A stretch of 64,000 nt of DNA from Armatimonadota bacterium (GTDB taxonomy: Bacteria; Armatimonadota; Fimbriimonadia; Fimbriimonadales; GBS-DC). Positions 37,601 to 48,248 of the stretch are shown one piece after another. The stretch lies in contig JBBIML010000006.1 of the NCBI GenBank assembly GCA_037444405.1, positions 177,438 through 241,437 on the forward strand, in the 5' to 3' direction. Numbering within the stretch: the first letter of the stretch is position 1; the number at the start of each line of letters is the position of its first letter. The translations under genes and the position numbers were made by a program. The notes beneath the pieces are model-generated. The model was not told the origin of the DNA and made no database searches. It saw only the letters and a program-made list of their open reading frames with translations.

Positions 37601-37814
37601 GCGACTCTACATCAACGCGGAGCAGTTTTTCGCGCCTGTGCCGCCTGAGGTGTGGGCGTTCCGCGTGGGTGGTTATGCCGTGTGTGAGAAGTGGCTGACC
37701 GAACGGCGCGGGCAGAAGCTCTCGCTGGACGAACGCCTCGACTTCCTGCGCATCATCACGGCGATTGCAGAAACCCTGCGCCTGCAGGCGGAGATCGACT
37801 CGTGGCTGGAGTAG
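34644..37814 (+). CDS. Large stand-alone N6-adenine DNA methyltransferase with a type-ISP/IIG-like C-terminal specificity region.
   Basis: SAM motif LILDPACGTGSF and catalytic motif LGNPPYSG. The C-terminal GGY.V.EKWL..R.G..L pattern is typical of type ISP/IIG target-recognition ends. No helicase or recognisable nuclease partner lies nearby. Confidence 0.8.
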   Translation: MMVAEAVAHYLERLQAIQGQAQATGELSYHHALHELLITLAQPQGATLLHEPRKTVVGRPDFILLRNGMPIGYLEAEAFGADLDALQGHAHQQTRAFIQNLDNFVLTNFLEFRLYRDGELQARAMLPAPPARETVRLFPDAVQALKSLLEAFLQGEPPAIADPQTLAHYLARRTRQLTAALETLLAQKAETDLHSLYRAFERTLLPDLKPEEFADLYAQTVAYGLFAARCAQADGNAFSRQSAAMLIPPTNPFLRRLFQLLAAHDLPPTIAWIADEIATLLARADMLAILENFGQRTGKEDPIVHFYEDFLAIYDPEQREIRGVYYTPEPVVQFIVRAVDDALRLFFGKSHGLADDETLILDPACGTGSFLYEVVQQVHRRVVGRFGGGIWRDYARERLIHRLFGFELLMAPYAIAHLKLGLQLQQLGVPLNSQRLGIYLTNTLEQAVKQSELLFGEFITREANAAVAIKREKPILVVLGNPPYSGHSANRSYHEYEERDEQGRIRKRREPTWIGKLIEDYKQINGQLLGERNPKWLQDDYVKFIRFAEWRIQQTGEGIVALITNHAYLDNPTFRAMRHHLLQSFQRLYIVNLHGNARRKERAPDGSPDENVFDIQQGVAILIAIRRADAEPGVFYVDVWGRRAEKYAFLQEQTLERAAWTRLEPSEPLYLFVPQDTALKAEYQQGWRIPDIFPVHSVGIVTARDKLTIHRTREAVWQTVCEFVKYEAEQARYLFKLGKDARDWSVARAQQDLRDAGVPNESAKAHIIPILYRPFDVRYTFYTGRDCGFHCRPRYKVMKELLAGDNLVLITVRQQSRMQDPWANAFVAQTLVESCALSNYTREIGYVFPLYITHTNNHRNNNHKNNRDQNALDGLEGREPNLNREFWNALAQRIGEKPTPEAILGYIYAVLNSPTYRARYAEFLRRDFPRVSLPRDKEQFEQLAHLGQQLIDLHTLRRPGHHEVSCRYPVEGDNRVQKVRYDEVNQRLYINAEQFFAPVPPEVWAFRVGGYAVCEKWLTERRGQKLSLDERLDFLRIITAIAETLRLQAEIDSWLE

Positions 37815-37833
37815 GTCAGCCCTTCGGGACGCG

Positions 37834-37860
37834 AACTTTCCTTCCTGGAAGGAAAGTTTT
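37834..37860. terminator. Bidirectional hairpin terminator between the methyltransferase and Zn-ADH genes.
   Basis: Near-perfect palindrome aactttccttcc-t-ggaaggaaagtt followed by tttt. Confidence 0.55.
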
Positions 37861-37935
37861 GGGGTAAACTTTCTTTCTGAGAGGGAAAGATGCTGCAGGA
37901 GATACTCAGACAGAAAAATAGCACATATCTCCCCA

Positions 37936-38973
37936 TTAGCTGGAAGGCGCGGTGATGATGACCTTCAGCGCTTCGGCGCGGCGGAGCAGCTCATAGCCTT
38001 CCGGAGCCTGCGTCAGCGGCAGACGGTGTGTGATGAGCGACTGCACGGGCAGCCCCGATTCTAAGAGTCGGAGCGCGTGGCGCATTTCGGTCGGACCCGC
38101 CGAGTAGCTGGGAATGAGCCGAATCTCGCTGAAGTAGAGCGTGTGCCAGTCGAGCGGGTAGCGCACTTCGGGCGGGGCGGGTGTGAACAGCACCAGTGCG
38201 CCGTCGGGCGCCACGAGCTGGAAGCCCAGCGCCAGCGCATCGGGCGTGCCCGGACCCACCACCACAATCTCCGCGCCGATGCCCTCCGTGAGGGCGCGCA
38301 CCTGCTGGATGGCGTCTTCATCGCGCGGCACAGGCACGGGCATCGCGCCCAGTGAGCGGGCAACCTCCAGCCGATGCGCCAGCCGATCCAGCGCCAGCAC
38401 CTGCCGCGCACCCCATCGCTGTGCCAGCAGCAGATGCAGAAGCCCCATGACGCCCATGCCGATAATCGCGACGCTCATGCCGTGCCGCAACCCCGCCCGC
38501 CGCAACGCCTTCACCACGCACGCCAGCGGCTCCACAAAAACCGCCACCTCGTCGGGCAGCTCCGACTCAGCAGGTAGCGGGATGAAATCGCGCTGCACGA
38601 TGGGGGCGGGCACGATGAACCGCTCGCTCAGTCCGCCTGGAAAGAGTCGGGTCGTGCGCCATGTGGGGCAATGCACGAACGCGCTGCGCTGACAGTGGGG
38701 GCAGGCGCCGCACGGCGCATGATGATGGACTACCACGCGCGTGCCCGGCTCGAAGCCCTGCACGCCCGCGCCAACCGCCTCGATCTCGCCCACCAGCTCA
38801 TGTCCGGGCACGACGGGCGCCTTGCGGCGCATGTACCAGTCCATGATCTCGCCGCTGCACAGCCCGCACGCCCGCAGGCGCACCTGTGCCTCGCCCGCCT
38901 GAAGTTCAGGGAGTTCGAAACGGCGCCACTGCCATGAGCCGTCTGGCTCCAGCTGCCACGCGCGTGTCTGCAC
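37936..38973 (-). CDS. Zinc-dependent alcohol dehydrogenase family protein (threonine/sorbitol dehydrogenase-like).
   Basis: GHELVGEIEAVG and a structural Zn Cys cluster (CGACPHCQRSAFVHC). A GTG at 38973 is proposed as the start, because the track's 415-aa version runs into the 3' end of infB. Confidence 0.7.
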   Translation of the reverse strand: MQTRAWQLEPDGSWQWRRFELPELQAGEAQVRLRACGLCSGEIMDWYMRRKAPVVPGHELVGEIEAVGAGVQGFEPGTRVVVHHHAPCGACPHCQRSAFVHCPTWRTTRLFPGGLSERFIVPAPIVQRDFIPLPAESELPDEVAVFVEPLACVVKALRRAGLRHGMSVAIIGMGVMGLLHLLLAQRWGARQVLALDRLAHRLEVARSLGAMPVPVPRDEDAIQQVRALTEGIGAEIVVVGPGTPDALALGFQLVAPDGALVLFTPAPPEVRYPLDWHTLYFSEIRLIPSYSAGPTEMRHALRLLESGLPVQSLITHRLPLTQAPEGYELLRRAEALKVIITAPSS

Positions 38974-39070
38974 AGCGGGAAGTATACCCAGCCCCCTCGC
39001 TCCCTTTCCCCCCGCATAGGGGCATGGGCGAGACGCCCATGCCACGCAGTAGGGTGAGGGTGCAATCAGC

Positions 39071-40993
<1,923 letters not shown>

Positions 40994-41047
40994 CGGCTCT
41001 CAACCCCTTCCATGCCAGTATACCCGACGGGGTACAATAGGCGTGAG

Positions 41048-41335
41048 ATGGCGGCACGAGTGGGACTGCTGACCGTCGAACTATACATCGGCGGCTGCCA
41101 ATCGCTCAAGGAGAAGCGGCAGGTGTTGCAGAGCCTGATGGTGCGCCTGCGCAACGAGTTCAATCTCGCGATTGCCGAGGTGGATCATCATGACAAGCAC
41201 CAGCGTGCCTGCCTCGCGATTGCCTGTGTGGGCAACCGCACCGAGCATGTGAATCGGACGCTGGATATCGTGCTGGAACGCCTCGCCGTCGAAAGCCGTA
41301 TCTCTCTTATAGAGAGCCAGATCGAACTGCTGTGA
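41048..41335 (+). CDS. DUF503 (YlxP-like) protein.
   Basis: VGLLTVELYIGGCQSLKEKRQVLQSL...EVDHHDKHQRA matches the DUF503 pattern. It is the C-terminal part of the chimeric track ORF 40190..41335. TACAAT lies 9 nt upstream of the ATG. Confidence 0.8.
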   Translation: MAARVGLLTVELYIGGCQSLKEKRQVLQSLMVRLRNEFNLAIAEVDHHDKHQRACLAIACVGNRTEHVNRTLDIVLERLAVESRISLIESQIELL

Positions 41336-41351
41336 GAACAGGAGGACGCCG

Positions 41352-41684
41352 ATGGGCGGACGATTGGAACGACTGGAATCGCTGTTGACGGAGGAGATCA
41401 GTCAGGTTCTTTTGCGCGACCTGCAGGACGAGCATCGCGGGCTGGCGACCATCACGGGCGTCAAAATCGCGCGGGACCTCTCCCACGCGACGGTTTATGT
41501 GAGCATTCTGGGCGATGAAGCGCATCGGCAGAATGTGATTGAGAGCCTGCAACGCGCCTCTGGCTATATCAAGGGGCTATTAGGCAAGCGGTTGCACCTG
41601 AAGCGCATTCCGCGCCTGCAGTTTGTGGATGACCCGTCGCTGCGCCAGGCGGATCGTATCACGCGCCTGCTCAAAGATGGCTAA
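41352..41684 (+). CDS. rbfA: Ribosome-binding factor A.
   Basis: RLERLESLLTEEISQVL...DLSHATVYVS...IPRLQFVDD is typical of RbfA. Confidence 0.9.
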   Translation: MGGRLERLESLLTEEISQVLLRDLQDEHRGLATITGVKIARDLSHATVYVSILGDEAHRQNVIESLQRASGYIKGLLGKRLHLKRIPRLQFVDDPSLRQADRITRLLKDG

Positions 41685-42507
41685 GCCCCGCATCGCCTGG
41701 CTGCCAGTGCGACACATCCACGCAATTATCGAGGGGCGGCTCGCGCTCGCCGACTGGCTGGCGAGCGTGCCTGCCTTTGGCATCGACGCCGTCGAACTCT
41801 ATCACGGCTTTTTGAGCGAGCAGAACCTGCCCGCCGTTCGCCAGCAGCTCCAGACGCTGGGATTGAAGGTGAGCCAGATCACCTGCGCGCCCGATTTCAC
41901 CAACCCCGACCCTTCGGTGCGTCGGCGCGAGCTGGAGGCGATGCGCCAGCGGGTGGAGTGGGCAGCCGAGCTCGGCGCGGACGCCGTGCGCGTCACGGCG
42001 GGCATGGTGCATGATAACCTCCGCGAGGCGGACGGCATCGCCTATGCGGTGGAGTGCATGGTGCAACTTGCTGCGTACGCCGTGCCGATGGGCGTCTACC
42101 CCTGCTATGAGAACCATTACCGAGACCGCCGCTGGACGCGCGAGGACTTCTCGTTCCTGCCCGAACGGTTCCTGCGCATTTTCGAGCAGATTGAGCCGAC
42201 TCCTGTGCGCATCAACTTCGATTTTGCGAACCCGCTGATGGTGGGCGCGGACCCGATCGCGCTCCTTCGGCGCGTGGTGCATAAGGTTCACCATGTGCAT
42301 GCGGGCGATCGCCTGCCTGGCGAGTATCAGCATTGCGTGTTGGGCGAGGGCAGGGTTCCTTTTGAACCGTTATTGCGCATTTTGCGCGACCACGGCTATG
42401 CGGGCTATATCAGCATCGAGGACGGTCAATCGGAGGGTGATGCGGGCTTCCGCCGCTCGCTGGCGTTCCTGCAAGGTGCGATTAATGCGGTGTATGGAGG
42501 GCTGTAG
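41677..42507 (+). CDS. Sugar phosphate isomerase/epimerase (xylose-isomerase-like TIM barrel).
   Basis: Length and motifs (GIDAVEL, YENH, HVHAGD, ISIE) fit the AP-endonuclease-2/TIM-barrel family. The internal ATG at 41677 is preferred. Confidence 0.7.
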   Translation: MAKPRIAWLPVRHIHAIIEGRLALADWLASVPAFGIDAVELYHGFLSEQNLPAVRQQLQTLGLKVSQITCAPDFTNPDPSVRRRELEAMRQRVEWAAELGADAVRVTAGMVHDNLREADGIAYAVECMVQLAAYAVPMGVYPCYENHYRDRRWTREDFSFLPERFLRIFEQIEPTPVRINFDFANPLMVGADPIALLRRVVHKVHHVHAGDRLPGEYQHCVLGEGRVPFEPLLRILRDHGYAGYISIEDGQSEGDAGFRRSLAFLQGAINAVYGGL

Positions 42508-43774
42508 CCTCTGGCTCGGCAGTTGCCCCTCCATTTGGGGGCAGGTTCCGAAAGAGGCGGTCGTAGGCGTGCAACAGCACGCATTCGCTGCGCTCCCAGC
42601 TCAGGCAGTCCAGAAATCGCTTCCGCCCGAACTCGCTCATCTGGCGGCGCCGCTCCTCATCGTTGAGCAGCGCCAGAATCGTGTCGCCGAACGCTTCGGG
42701 GCTGTCGTTGGGCGGTTCGATCAGTGCGTCCTGCGCCGACCACTTGTTCTCGATGCTGCGCGTCGCTACAATCGGCAGCCCCACTGACATAAATTCGATA
42801 ATCTTGTTCATCGTGGAGCGGGCGGTGTAGCTGTTGTCGGGGTCGCTGGCGACACCCACATCGGCGGTACTGAGATAGCGCACCAGCAGTTCCCGATCGC
42901 GAATGAAGCCCGTGAAGGTGATGTAGTCCTGCAGATGGAGTTGCTGGCTGAGCGCTTTGACCTCCTCCAGGCAGTCGCCAGAGCCAATCGCGACGAAATG
43001 CACATCGGTGAAGCCGCGCTTATGCACGATATGGTGCGCCGCCTTCACAAAGATGTCGGTGCCGTCCTGCGGTCCCATCACACCGAGGTAGCACACCAGG
43101 TAGCGTTTACCATGCTTGAGTGCGGGGTCCGGCTCCACGGGGTAGAACTCGGAGGCGCGCGGACCGCTGCGCACAATCACAATCTTGTCGGGGCGCGCCC
43201 GCCCACGCTGGAGCGCGTTCTGACGATACGACTCGTTCATCTCGATAATCATATCGGCGAATCGGTAGGAGAGCTGTTCGAACCACACCTGTAGGTGATA
43301 GAACAGCCTGCGCTTCTTGAACCGCACTTCGTACAGCTCAGGGCACAGGTCGCGATGCTCATAGACGAACTTCTTACCGCGCAGCTTGTAATACAGCCCG
43401 ATCAGCCAGAAGATGTCGAGCGGGTTGCCTGCGTGGAACACCTCGAAGCCCTGCTCTTTCAGCACGCGGCGACTGAGTCGGAAGGTGTGCCAGAGGCAGT
43501 AGAGCGCTTCACGCACGAAGTTGCCCACGCTGTGGGTGGGGGGCAACCTCGGGTAGCGGTAGAGGTGAATCCCTTCCAGCTCGCAATATTCGGGTTCGTC
43601 AGGCGGGCGGGGCGAGATGACCGACACATGGTAGCCGGCGCGGCGCAGCGAAGTGGCAACCTGCCACATGCGCCGATCGTGAGGCACTGGCAGGTTCTCC
43701 AGCACCAGCAACACGCGCCGCGTTGCGTTCATCCCTTGCTGACCCATCTCAGCATTGTTCGGATTGTTCAGCAT
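42482..43774 (-). CDS. Glycosyltransferase family 4 (WcaI-like).
   Basis: GT-B fold pattern. The N-terminus VLLVLENLPVPHDRRMWQ...VSVISPRPPDEPEY is paralogous to the ORF at 44997..46253. Confidence 0.8.
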   Translation of the reverse strand: MLNNPNNAEMGQQGMNATRRVLLVLENLPVPHDRRMWQVATSLRRAGYHVSVISPRPPDEPEYCELEGIHLYRYPRLPPTHSVGNFVREALYCLWHTFRLSRRVLKEQGFEVFHAGNPLDIFWLIGLYYKLRGKKFVYEHRDLCPELYEVRFKKRRLFYHLQVWFEQLSYRFADMIIEMNESYRQNALQRGRARPDKIVIVRSGPRASEFYPVEPDPALKHGKRYLVCYLGVMGPQDGTDIFVKAAHHIVHKRGFTDVHFVAIGSGDCLEEVKALSQQLHLQDYITFTGFIRDRELLVRYLSTADVGVASDPDNSYTARSTMNKIIEFMSVGLPIVATRSIENKWSAQDALIEPPNDSPEAFGDTILALLNDEERRRQMSEFGRKRFLDCLSWERSECVLLHAYDRLFRNLPPNGGATAEPEATALHTPH

Positions 43775-45000
43775 ACTAATTCACTCTTTGATGGTTCCTG
43801 GACTTCCGATAAATTGGCTCTGTCGGGTGGCATCACAAGGCTCAGTCCCATGCGGTTGCACACCTGCTGTACATGCGCCTCAATAGAGAACTGCTGAGCG
43901 GTGGCTCTGGCTCCCTCGCCAAGCCGTTTGCGGTGTTGATAGGCGCGTTCGATGAGCCTCGCCAGTTGCCCGGGGTCGCGCTCGGTCAGCACATAGCCGT
44001 TGTAGTCGTCCTTCACCACGCTGGGCAGTCCGCCCACCGCCGTTACGACCGCGGGCAGCCCGCACGCCATCGCCTCCAGCAGCGCCATCGGCAACCCTTC
44101 CCACAGCGAGGTCAGCACGAACACATCCGCCGATTGATAATACGGTAAAATCGCCTCGCGTGGCAGCAAGCCTGTCATCTCCACCGCCTCCTGAACGCCA
44201 TGCTGGGCAATCCACACCCGCACCTGCCCCTCCACCGGGTTATAGTCCTGCGAGCCGCCCACCAGGATCAGGCGGGCGTTCGGATGAGTCTTTCGAAACT
44301 GCGCGAAGCCGGCGATGAGCAGGTCGAGCCCTTTGGAGGCGTCCAGCCGCCCCACGAACAGAATGCGCGGCGCGCTCTCGTCGCGTTCGCGCTCTGGCGA
44401 TGGGCAGTAGCGCTCGGTCTCCACGCCCAGCGGGATGGAATGGAACTTCTCGCGCAGGGCAGGGAACCGATTCGTGTAGAACTCGTAATCGGCGGGGCTG
44501 ATCACAATCACTCCCTGCGCTCGCCGAATGACCCGCGCCTCCATCCGATAGAACCACGCGCGGAACCAGCGCCAGCGGAACAGCGGATGGCTCGTCCAGC
44601 GCTCCACGAACACCGATTGACCGTGCGTGTTGAAATAGAGGGGCACATCGTCGTGCAGGAAGGGTAGCCCATGCTCCGCCCGCTGAATGTAAAGGGGCGC
44701 ATTCAGAGCCAGAATCTCGCGGCGGAAGCGGCGCAACGCCCGCACGAAGCGAGCATTAAGCGGGATGCGCGAACGGCGCTGACGCGCCTCATCCACAAAC
44801 AGAATCGGCAGAAACGGGCGCTCGATGGCGCCCAGCAGAATACGGCTCCATTCGCCAATCGGCTGAGAGGCGTCAAGGGTCAAGCCGACGATAAAGACCT
44901 CCACAGGCGCGTAACGGGCGAAGTTCTTGGCGTACTCCAGCACACCCCCCATCGGATAGCCCCGAAAATCGCCACTGTAAATCAGCACCAGTCGGCTCAT
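43768..45000 (-). CDS. Glycosyltransferase family 4.
   Basis: E-x7-E region SLWEGLPMALLEAMACGLPAVV. It overlaps both neighbouring GT genes by a few nt. Confidence 0.8.
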   Translation of the reverse strand: MSRLVLIYSGDFRGYPMGGVLEYAKNFARYAPVEVFIVGLTLDASQPIGEWSRILLGAIERPFLPILFVDEARQRRSRIPLNARFVRALRRFRREILALNAPLYIQRAEHGLPFLHDDVPLYFNTHGQSVFVERWTSHPLFRWRWFRAWFYRMEARVIRRAQGVIVISPADYEFYTNRFPALREKFHSIPLGVETERYCPSPERERDESAPRILFVGRLDASKGLDLLIAGFAQFRKTHPNARLILVGGSQDYNPVEGQVRVWIAQHGVQEAVEMTGLLPREAILPYYQSADVFVLTSLWEGLPMALLEAMACGLPAVVTAVGGLPSVVKDDYNGYVLTERDPGQLARLIERAYQHRKRLGEGARATAQQFSIEAHVQQVCNRMGLSLVMPPDRANLSEVQEPSKSELVC

Positions 45001-46253
45001 CGGCTCACCCCCTGATCCGACACGCCTGCCGACACAGGTGTTGCAGATGGCCCGTTCGGCAGCAGATGGTCATAGAACTCTATGAGCTTCTTCTTGCTAT
45101 GCTCCCAGCTGAGGCATTCTAAAAAGCGTTTGCGTCCGAACTCGCCCATGTGGGCGCGGCGTTCAGGGTCGTTGAGCAGTTCGATAATCGCCTGTGCGAA
45201 GGCACGCTCGTCATTATTGGGCACATAGACCGCTGCGTCCTGCGCCGAATAGCGCGACTCCTTGAGATCGAACGACACAATCGGCAGCCCGATCGCCATG
45301 TATTCGATTACCTTGTTCATCGTGGAGACATCGTTCAGCGGGTTGAGCGGGTCGGGCGCGAGGGCGACATCGGCGGTGGAGAAGTAGCGCAACACCTCTT
45401 CATCGGGGATGCGCCCGGTGAACTCCACGAATTCGTTCAGGCGCAGGTCGTGGCACATCTGCACCAGGTCAGGAAACATATCGCCGCCGCCAATCAGCGC
45501 GAAGTGGAGCTCGGTATGATTGAAAGTGTAGACCACATGGTGGATGGCGCGCAGGAGGTAATCCACGCCATCCTGTGCGCCCATCACGCCCAGATACACG
45601 CCCAGATAGCGTCGCCCGCGTTTGAGGCTGGGGTCCGGTTCCACGCGCTTGAACTGGCTTGCCATCGGTCCGCTGCGCACAATGGTGATGCGTTCTGGCG
45701 GGATGCCGCCCCGTTCCATCGCCACGCGCCGATACGATTCGTTGGGCATGATCACGCCGTCTGCCGTGCGATAGGTCTGCTTCTCCAGCCACAGAAGCCC
45801 CTTATAGAGCAGTCCGCGCTTACCAAAGCGTGATTCATACAGCTCCGGGCAAAGATCGTGCTGGTCATACACGAACTTGACGCCCCTGCGCTTGTACCAG
45901 CGGGCAATCGCCCAGAAGGTATCGGGCGGGTTGCAGGTGTGGATGACATCGATGCCCTGCTCGCGCGCGACTCGCCGTGTGAGCCGCCATGTGTGCAGCC
46001 AGCAGTAGATGAACTCGTAAAAGAAGCTGAAGATACTGCGCGTAGGGGGCGGCATCGGATAGCGGTAGAGATACACGCCCTGCAGCTCCATATACTCCGG
46101 TTCATCGGGCGGGCGGGGCGAGATGACTGACACCTTATACCCTGCCTCGGTGAGCGCCAGCGATTCCTGCCACACGCGCCTGTCCATCGGCACGGGCAGG
46201 TTCTCCACAAGTATCAAGATGCTCCCCTTGCAGTTACCAGTACAGTCCGACAT
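44997..46253 (-). CDS. Glycosyltransferase family 4 (WcaI-like). The start is at 46253 or 46286.
   Basis: ILILVENLPVPMDRRVWQ...VSVISPRPPDEPEY marks it as a paralogue of 42482..43774. It has a GT-B C-terminal half. Confidence 0.8.
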   Translation of the reverse strand: MSDCTGNCKGSILILVENLPVPMDRRVWQESLALTEAGYKVSVISPRPPDEPEYMELQGVYLYRYPMPPPTRSIFSFFYEFIYCWLHTWRLTRRVAREQGIDVIHTCNPPDTFWAIARWYKRRGVKFVYDQHDLCPELYESRFGKRGLLYKGLLWLEKQTYRTADGVIMPNESYRRVAMERGGIPPERITIVRSGPMASQFKRVEPDPSLKRGRRYLGVYLGVMGAQDGVDYLLRAIHHVVYTFNHTELHFALIGGGDMFPDLVQMCHDLRLNEFVEFTGRIPDEEVLRYFSTADVALAPDPLNPLNDVSTMNKVIEYMAIGLPIVSFDLKESRYSAQDAAVYVPNNDERAFAQAIIELLNDPERRAHMGEFGRKRFLECLSWEHSKKKLIEFYDHLLPNGPSATPVSAGVSDQGVSR

Positions 46254-47550
46254 AATCACCTCGCACTTTAGAGGGGTCGAGGGCACGCGCCAGGTCGATC
46301 ACCACCTGGTCGGCGCGTATCTGCTGCTGAACCGCCTCGCGCAGCGAGCGCTCTAAGTGCCCCACGATGACCACCTCCGCATGGGAGAGCAGTTGCCCGA
46401 CATCCTCGCAAAGAATCTCACGAGTATGCGGGATCTCCCGCTCGATATACGCCTTGTTCGAGCCGTGCAGCGCGGCATACGACACATTCGGATCATAGAT
46501 AAGCAGATTATACCCTTTGCCGATGAGTCGTTCCGCCAGCTCCACAAGCGGGCTTTCGCGCAGGTCGTCGGTACCGGGCTTGAACGACAGCCCGAACAGC
46601 CCGACCTGCCGTCGCCGAAGTTGCTGAACCTGTTTGATCACGCGCTCAATCTGCATGCGATTGCTGGGCAGCACATGTTCGAGCATGGGCAGTTGCAGGT
46701 CGTGCAGGCGGGCGCGATAGGTGAGCGCGCGCAAATCTTTGGGCAAACAGGAGCCGCCAAAAGCGAAGCCCGGCGTCAAATAGCGTGGCGAGATGTTGAG
46801 CTTGGTGTCAGTGCAGAAGATCCGCATCACCTCATGGCTATCGATTCCCTCCGCCTTACAGAGCATGCCCAGCTCGTTCGCAAAGGTGATTTTGACGGCG
46901 TGGAAGGCGTTGCAGGCATATTTGATCATCTCGGCGGCGCGAATGGAGGTGATGAACAGCTGGGCTTCAACGCCCGCATAGAGATGGGCGACAACTTCGG
47001 CATCTTCGCGCTTGAGCGAGCCGATTATCGTGAAGGGCGGGTCATAAAAATCGCGGATGGCAACCCCCTCTCGCAGGAATTCAGGGTTCACGCACAGCCC
47101 GAAGCCCTCGTTCACGCGCTTGCCAGAACGCTGCTCCAGAATGGGCAGCACCACCTCTTCAGCGGTGCCGGGCAGAATGGTGCTGCGGATGACCACGATA
47201 TGATAGCTCTCTTTTGTGCGCAGGGCGTCGCCGATTTCGGTTGCCACCTGTTCCAGAAAATCGGTGCGCAGGTCGCCGTTCTCTTTGCTGGGCGTGCCAA
47301 CGCAAATCAGCGAAAGGTCGGTCTGGTGGACAGCTTCCTCTGCGCAATCGGTCACGGTCAATCGCCCTGTCCGTATGGCTTCCTGCAGGAGCGGCTCGAG
47401 GTTCTCTTCCACGATGGGCGCGCGCCCCTGCCGTATCAGCCCTAACTTGTAGGGGTCCACATCAACGCCGATTACGCTATGCCCCTCTCTGGCGAAGCAC
47501 GCCGCCGACACCGCGCCCACATAGCCCAGTCCGAAAATGCTCACTCTCAT
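46234..47550 (-). CDS. Nucleotide-sugar 6-dehydrogenase, closest in pattern to GDP-mannose 6-dehydrogenase (AlgD-like).
   Basis: MRVSIFGLGYVGAVSAACFAREGHSVIGVDVD...ICVGTPSKENGDL...GGSCLPKD aligns closely, from memory, with the Pseudomonas AlgD N-terminus. Confidence 0.8.
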   Translation of the reverse strand: MRVSIFGLGYVGAVSAACFAREGHSVIGVDVDPYKLGLIRQGRAPIVEENLEPLLQEAIRTGRLTVTDCAEEAVHQTDLSLICVGTPSKENGDLRTDFLEQVATEIGDALRTKESYHIVVIRSTILPGTAEEVVLPILEQRSGKRVNEGFGLCVNPEFLREGVAIRDFYDPPFTIIGSLKREDAEVVAHLYAGVEAQLFITSIRAAEMIKYACNAFHAVKITFANELGMLCKAEGIDSHEVMRIFCTDTKLNISPRYLTPGFAFGGSCLPKDLRALTYRARLHDLQLPMLEHVLPSNRMQIERVIKQVQQLRRRQVGLFGLSFKPGTDDLRESPLVELAERLIGKGYNLLIYDPNVSYAALHGSNKAYIEREIPHTREILCEDVGQLLSHAEVVIVGHLERSLREAVQQQIRADQVVIDLARALDPSKVRGDYVGLYW

Positions 47551-47611
47551 CAGCGTTCGTCCCTTTCAGGTATTCCATATCGCGCTGGGAATTTTACCCC
47601 CGTTTCCCGAC

Positions 47612-48181
47612 TTATGGAGGCTCCTCCATCAGCTGCTGCAGATTAATCTCGAAGCCGGGCATGGCAGCGGGGCGGAACACCTCGCCGGCATCGGCAACGG
47701 TGCTGATCTGATAGCCATCAGGGGTGAGCTTGAGTTCCTGCGCCACGAGCGTTTCGCTGTCTATCAGCCAGTACCATGGCACACCTGCAGCCTGATAGGC
47801 GCGCAGTTTGCGCACGGTATCCCGCGTGCGCGTGCTGGGCGAAACCACTTCCACTATCAGGTCGGGCACGCCTCTGATTTTGCCGTTAGGCGTGTAGAGT
47901 TCGCTTTCGCGCTCGCGCCGAATAAACATCAGGTCAGGAATGAAGCCTACCCCCGTCGGCAAAGCGACATCCAGCTCCATCTCAATCGATCCGCTCCCGG
48001 TCTGGTTTGCCCAGCGCTCCATCTGAGTGAACAGCCTGCCCACAATCCGCTGATGCTGGCGTGTTGGTGATGCCATCGGCACAAGCCTCCCCTCTTCGAA
48101 CTCGAAGCGTGGCTCCAGCTCGGCTTTGAGCCACTCCTCCAGCGTCCATTCCCGCTTCTCAATCGCCTCGCTCAGCGCCAT
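47612..48181 (-). CDS. Uma2-family (DUF820) putative endonuclease.
   Basis: The pattern EFEEGRLVPMASPTRQHQRIV...PDLMFI...VPDLIVEVVSPS is typical of Uma2 PD-(D/E)xK proteins. Confidence 0.8.
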   Translation of the reverse strand: MALSEAIEKREWTLEEWLKAELEPRFEFEEGRLVPMASPTRQHQRIVGRLFTQMERWANQTGSGSIEMELDVALPTGVGFIPDLMFIRRERESELYTPNGKIRGVPDLIVEVVSPSTRTRDTVRKLRAYQAAGVPWYWLIDSETLVAQELKLTPDGYQISTVADAGEVFRPAAMPGFEINLQQLMEEPP

Positions 48182-48248
48182 AAGGGTTCACCCACCTCTA
48201 TTATAGCCGATTTTTGACCCCCGGCGTTCTGGTACAATACGATGTGCC

